From sequence record AF056254.1: a stretch of DNA of 350 bases. One strand, written 5' to 3'. This document shows positions 1 through 350 of the stretch, piece after piece (positions within the stretch are counted from its first letter, which is position 1; every line of letters starts with the position of its first letter). The position numbers were made by a program, and so were the translations under genes. This stretch comes from a phage. The notes under the pieces were generated by a model. It saw nothing but the letters and a program-made list of their open reading frames with translations, did not search any database and was not told the DNA's origin.

Positions 1-105
1 TCTACTCTNNANGACCCCTTTCTGAGCAGCGGTCAGACCTTCCAGAGATNTAGCCAGATCACCCAGACCAAGTTCTTCTTTCAGCTTATTAATATCAATA
101 GTCAT
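1..105 (-). CDS. Hypothetical small protein, N-terminal 35 codons; start codon inside the window, 3' end beyond window position 1 (unless the ambiguous codon at 7..9 is a stop)
   Basis: Reverse complement of 105..1 reads ATG ACT ATT GAT ATT AAT AAG CTG AAA GAA GAA CTT GGT CTG GGT GAT CTG GCT ANA TCT CTG GAA GGT CTG ACC GCT GCT CAG AAA GGG GTC NTN NAG AGT AGA = MTIDINKLKEELGLGDLAxSLEGLTAAQKGVxxSR. It is the only open minus-strand frame across this span; the other two hit TGA within 3 codons of the ATG. First codon positions are strongly G/A-rich and Leu is mostly CTG, both typical of real coding sequence. An in-frame TAA lies 27 nt upstream of the ATG, so the start is well defined. No homolog recognised from memory. 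Confidence 0.6.
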   Translation of the reverse strand, partial: MTIDINKLKEELGLGDLAXSLEGLTAAQKGVXXSR

Positions 106-117
106 TTTTAAATAATT

Positions 118-121
118 CTCC
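118..121 (-). promoter_or_regulatory. Shine-Dalgarno-like GGAG for the ORF starting at 105
   Basis: Minus-strand sequence ACGGAGAATTATTTAAAAATG: GGAG core is plus 121..118, 12 nt upstream of the ATG. That spacing is at the long end of the functional range; no better purine-rich motif is nearer. Confidence 0.35.
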
Positions 122-160
122 GTTATTCTTTAACGTAGCCTAAAGCTATCGCAANTTTTT

Positions 161-310
161 CTAGTTCAGAAAGATTACNTTCTTGAACTCTTCTTCTGTA
201 TTACCCTTAGATAGCTCCAGCTGTTGCTGCAGAATGGATAATCTNTCCGTAAGAATTTGGGATTGGCCAGTAACATTTCTTTGTGTNTGGCTGACTTCTA
301 GTGCATCCAT
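161..310 (-). CDS. Hypothetical small protein, 49 aa as read, Gln/Leu/Glu-rich and probably helical; boundaries uncertain because of possible read frameshifts
   Basis: Minus strand, ATG at plus 310..308 to TAG at plus 163..161: MDALEVSxTQRNVTGQSQILTxRLSILQQQLELSKGNTEEEFKxVIFLN*. The frame is open for 55 codons between stops; all three plus-strand frames carry several stops here, so this is not antisense of a plus gene. First codon positions are purine-rich. Weaknesses: no Shine-Dalgarno immediately upstream of this ATG, 4 N calls inside the ORF, and rare-type codons (AGA, CTA, TTA). Confidence 0.45.
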   Translation of the reverse strand: MDALEVSXTQRNVTGQSQILTXRLSILQQQLELSKGNTEEEFKXVIFLN

Positions 311-333
311 GAGAACTGATACATGTTAAGCAN

Positions 334-338
334 TTCCT
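334..338 (-). promoter_or_regulatory. Shine-Dalgarno-like AGGAA 9 nt upstream of an ATG at plus 324..322
   Basis: Minus-strand sequence GCAGGAAnTGCTTAACATG: AGGAA is plus 338..334, then a 9-nt spacer, then ATG at plus 324..322. As read, that ATG opens only an 8-codon frame (MYQFSWMH*, plus 324..298) overlapping the start of the 161..310 ORF in a different frame. Confidence 0.3.
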
Positions 339-350
339 GCTTTTCTGCTT

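Noticed and set aside
88-99. 12-bp near-palindrome ATTAATATCAAT (minus strand ATTGAT-ATTAAT), a possible operator-like dyad overlapping the start of ORF A.
   Set aside because: One mismatch in a 6+6 dyad made entirely of AT-rich codons (I-D-I-N); expected by chance in AT-rich coding sequence and has no partner site.
52-105. Resemblance of the ORF A N-terminus (KLKEELGLGD) to double-glycine bacteriocin/microcin leader peptides.
   Set aside because: The motif is G-L-G rather than a Gly-Gly (or Gly-Ala/Gly-Ser) pair with the conserved hydrophobic spacing; the match is too loose to support a bacteriocin-precursor call without a profile search.
1-108. Plus-strand frame 1 is open from position 1 to a TAA at 106..108 (STLxDPFLSSGQTFQRxSQITQTKFFFQLININSHF*), which could be the C-terminus of a plus-strand gene.
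   Set aside because: It is the codon-aligned antisense frame of the minus-strand ORF, which is frequently open by chance. It lacks the first-position purine/G bias of real coding sequence and has no start in the window, whereas the minus frame has an ATG, an upstream in-frame stop, a GGAG motif and protein-like composition.
136-148. Possible hairpin TAGC-CTAAA-GCTA between the two ORFs that might act as a terminator.
   Set aside because: Only a 4-bp stem with no following U-tract on the minus strand; far too weak for an intrinsic terminator, and under the merged-gene model it lies inside coding sequence.
73-197. Repeated TCTTCTTC motifs at 73..81 and 189..197.
   Set aside because: These are the reverse complement of GAA-GAA (Glu-Glu) codon runs in the two ORFs, not a structured repeat.
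218-232. Adjacent palindromic hexamers CAGCTG (218..223) and CTGCAG (227..232), i.e. PvuII and PstI recognition sequences.
   Set aside because: They fall inside the coding frame and simply encode the Gln-Leu run (QQQLEL); no evidence of a cloning junction or regulatory role.

Overview
This 350-nt window (about 39% GC, 9 ambiguous N calls) looks like a low-quality single-pass read, so every call here is provisional. Coding appears to be on the minus strand only: the plus strand is interrupted by stops in all frames except the antisense frame of the first ORF. I see two same-orientation small ORFs. ORF A starts at the ATG at plus 105..103 and runs off the window edge at position 1; its 35 codons read MTIDINKLKEELGLGDLAxSLEGLTAAQKGVxxSR, with a GGAG Shine-Dalgarno-like motif upstream. 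ORF B occupies plus 310..161 as read, 49 aa: MDALEVSxTQRNVTGQSQILTxRLSILQQQLELSKGNTEEEFKxVIFLN. Upstream and downstream of ORF B, two other frames hold open segments that would join it into one ~67-codon gene (plus 324..123) if two single-base deletions in the read are assumed. I do not recognise either protein and assign no gene symbol. No RNA genes, CRISPR repeats, mobile-element ends or convincing terminators are visible. The organism cannot be determined; codon usage (CTG, GGT, GAA, AAA) and the stop-SD-ATG layout suggest a bacterium, possibly a moderately AT-rich gammaproteobacterium, but that is inference only.
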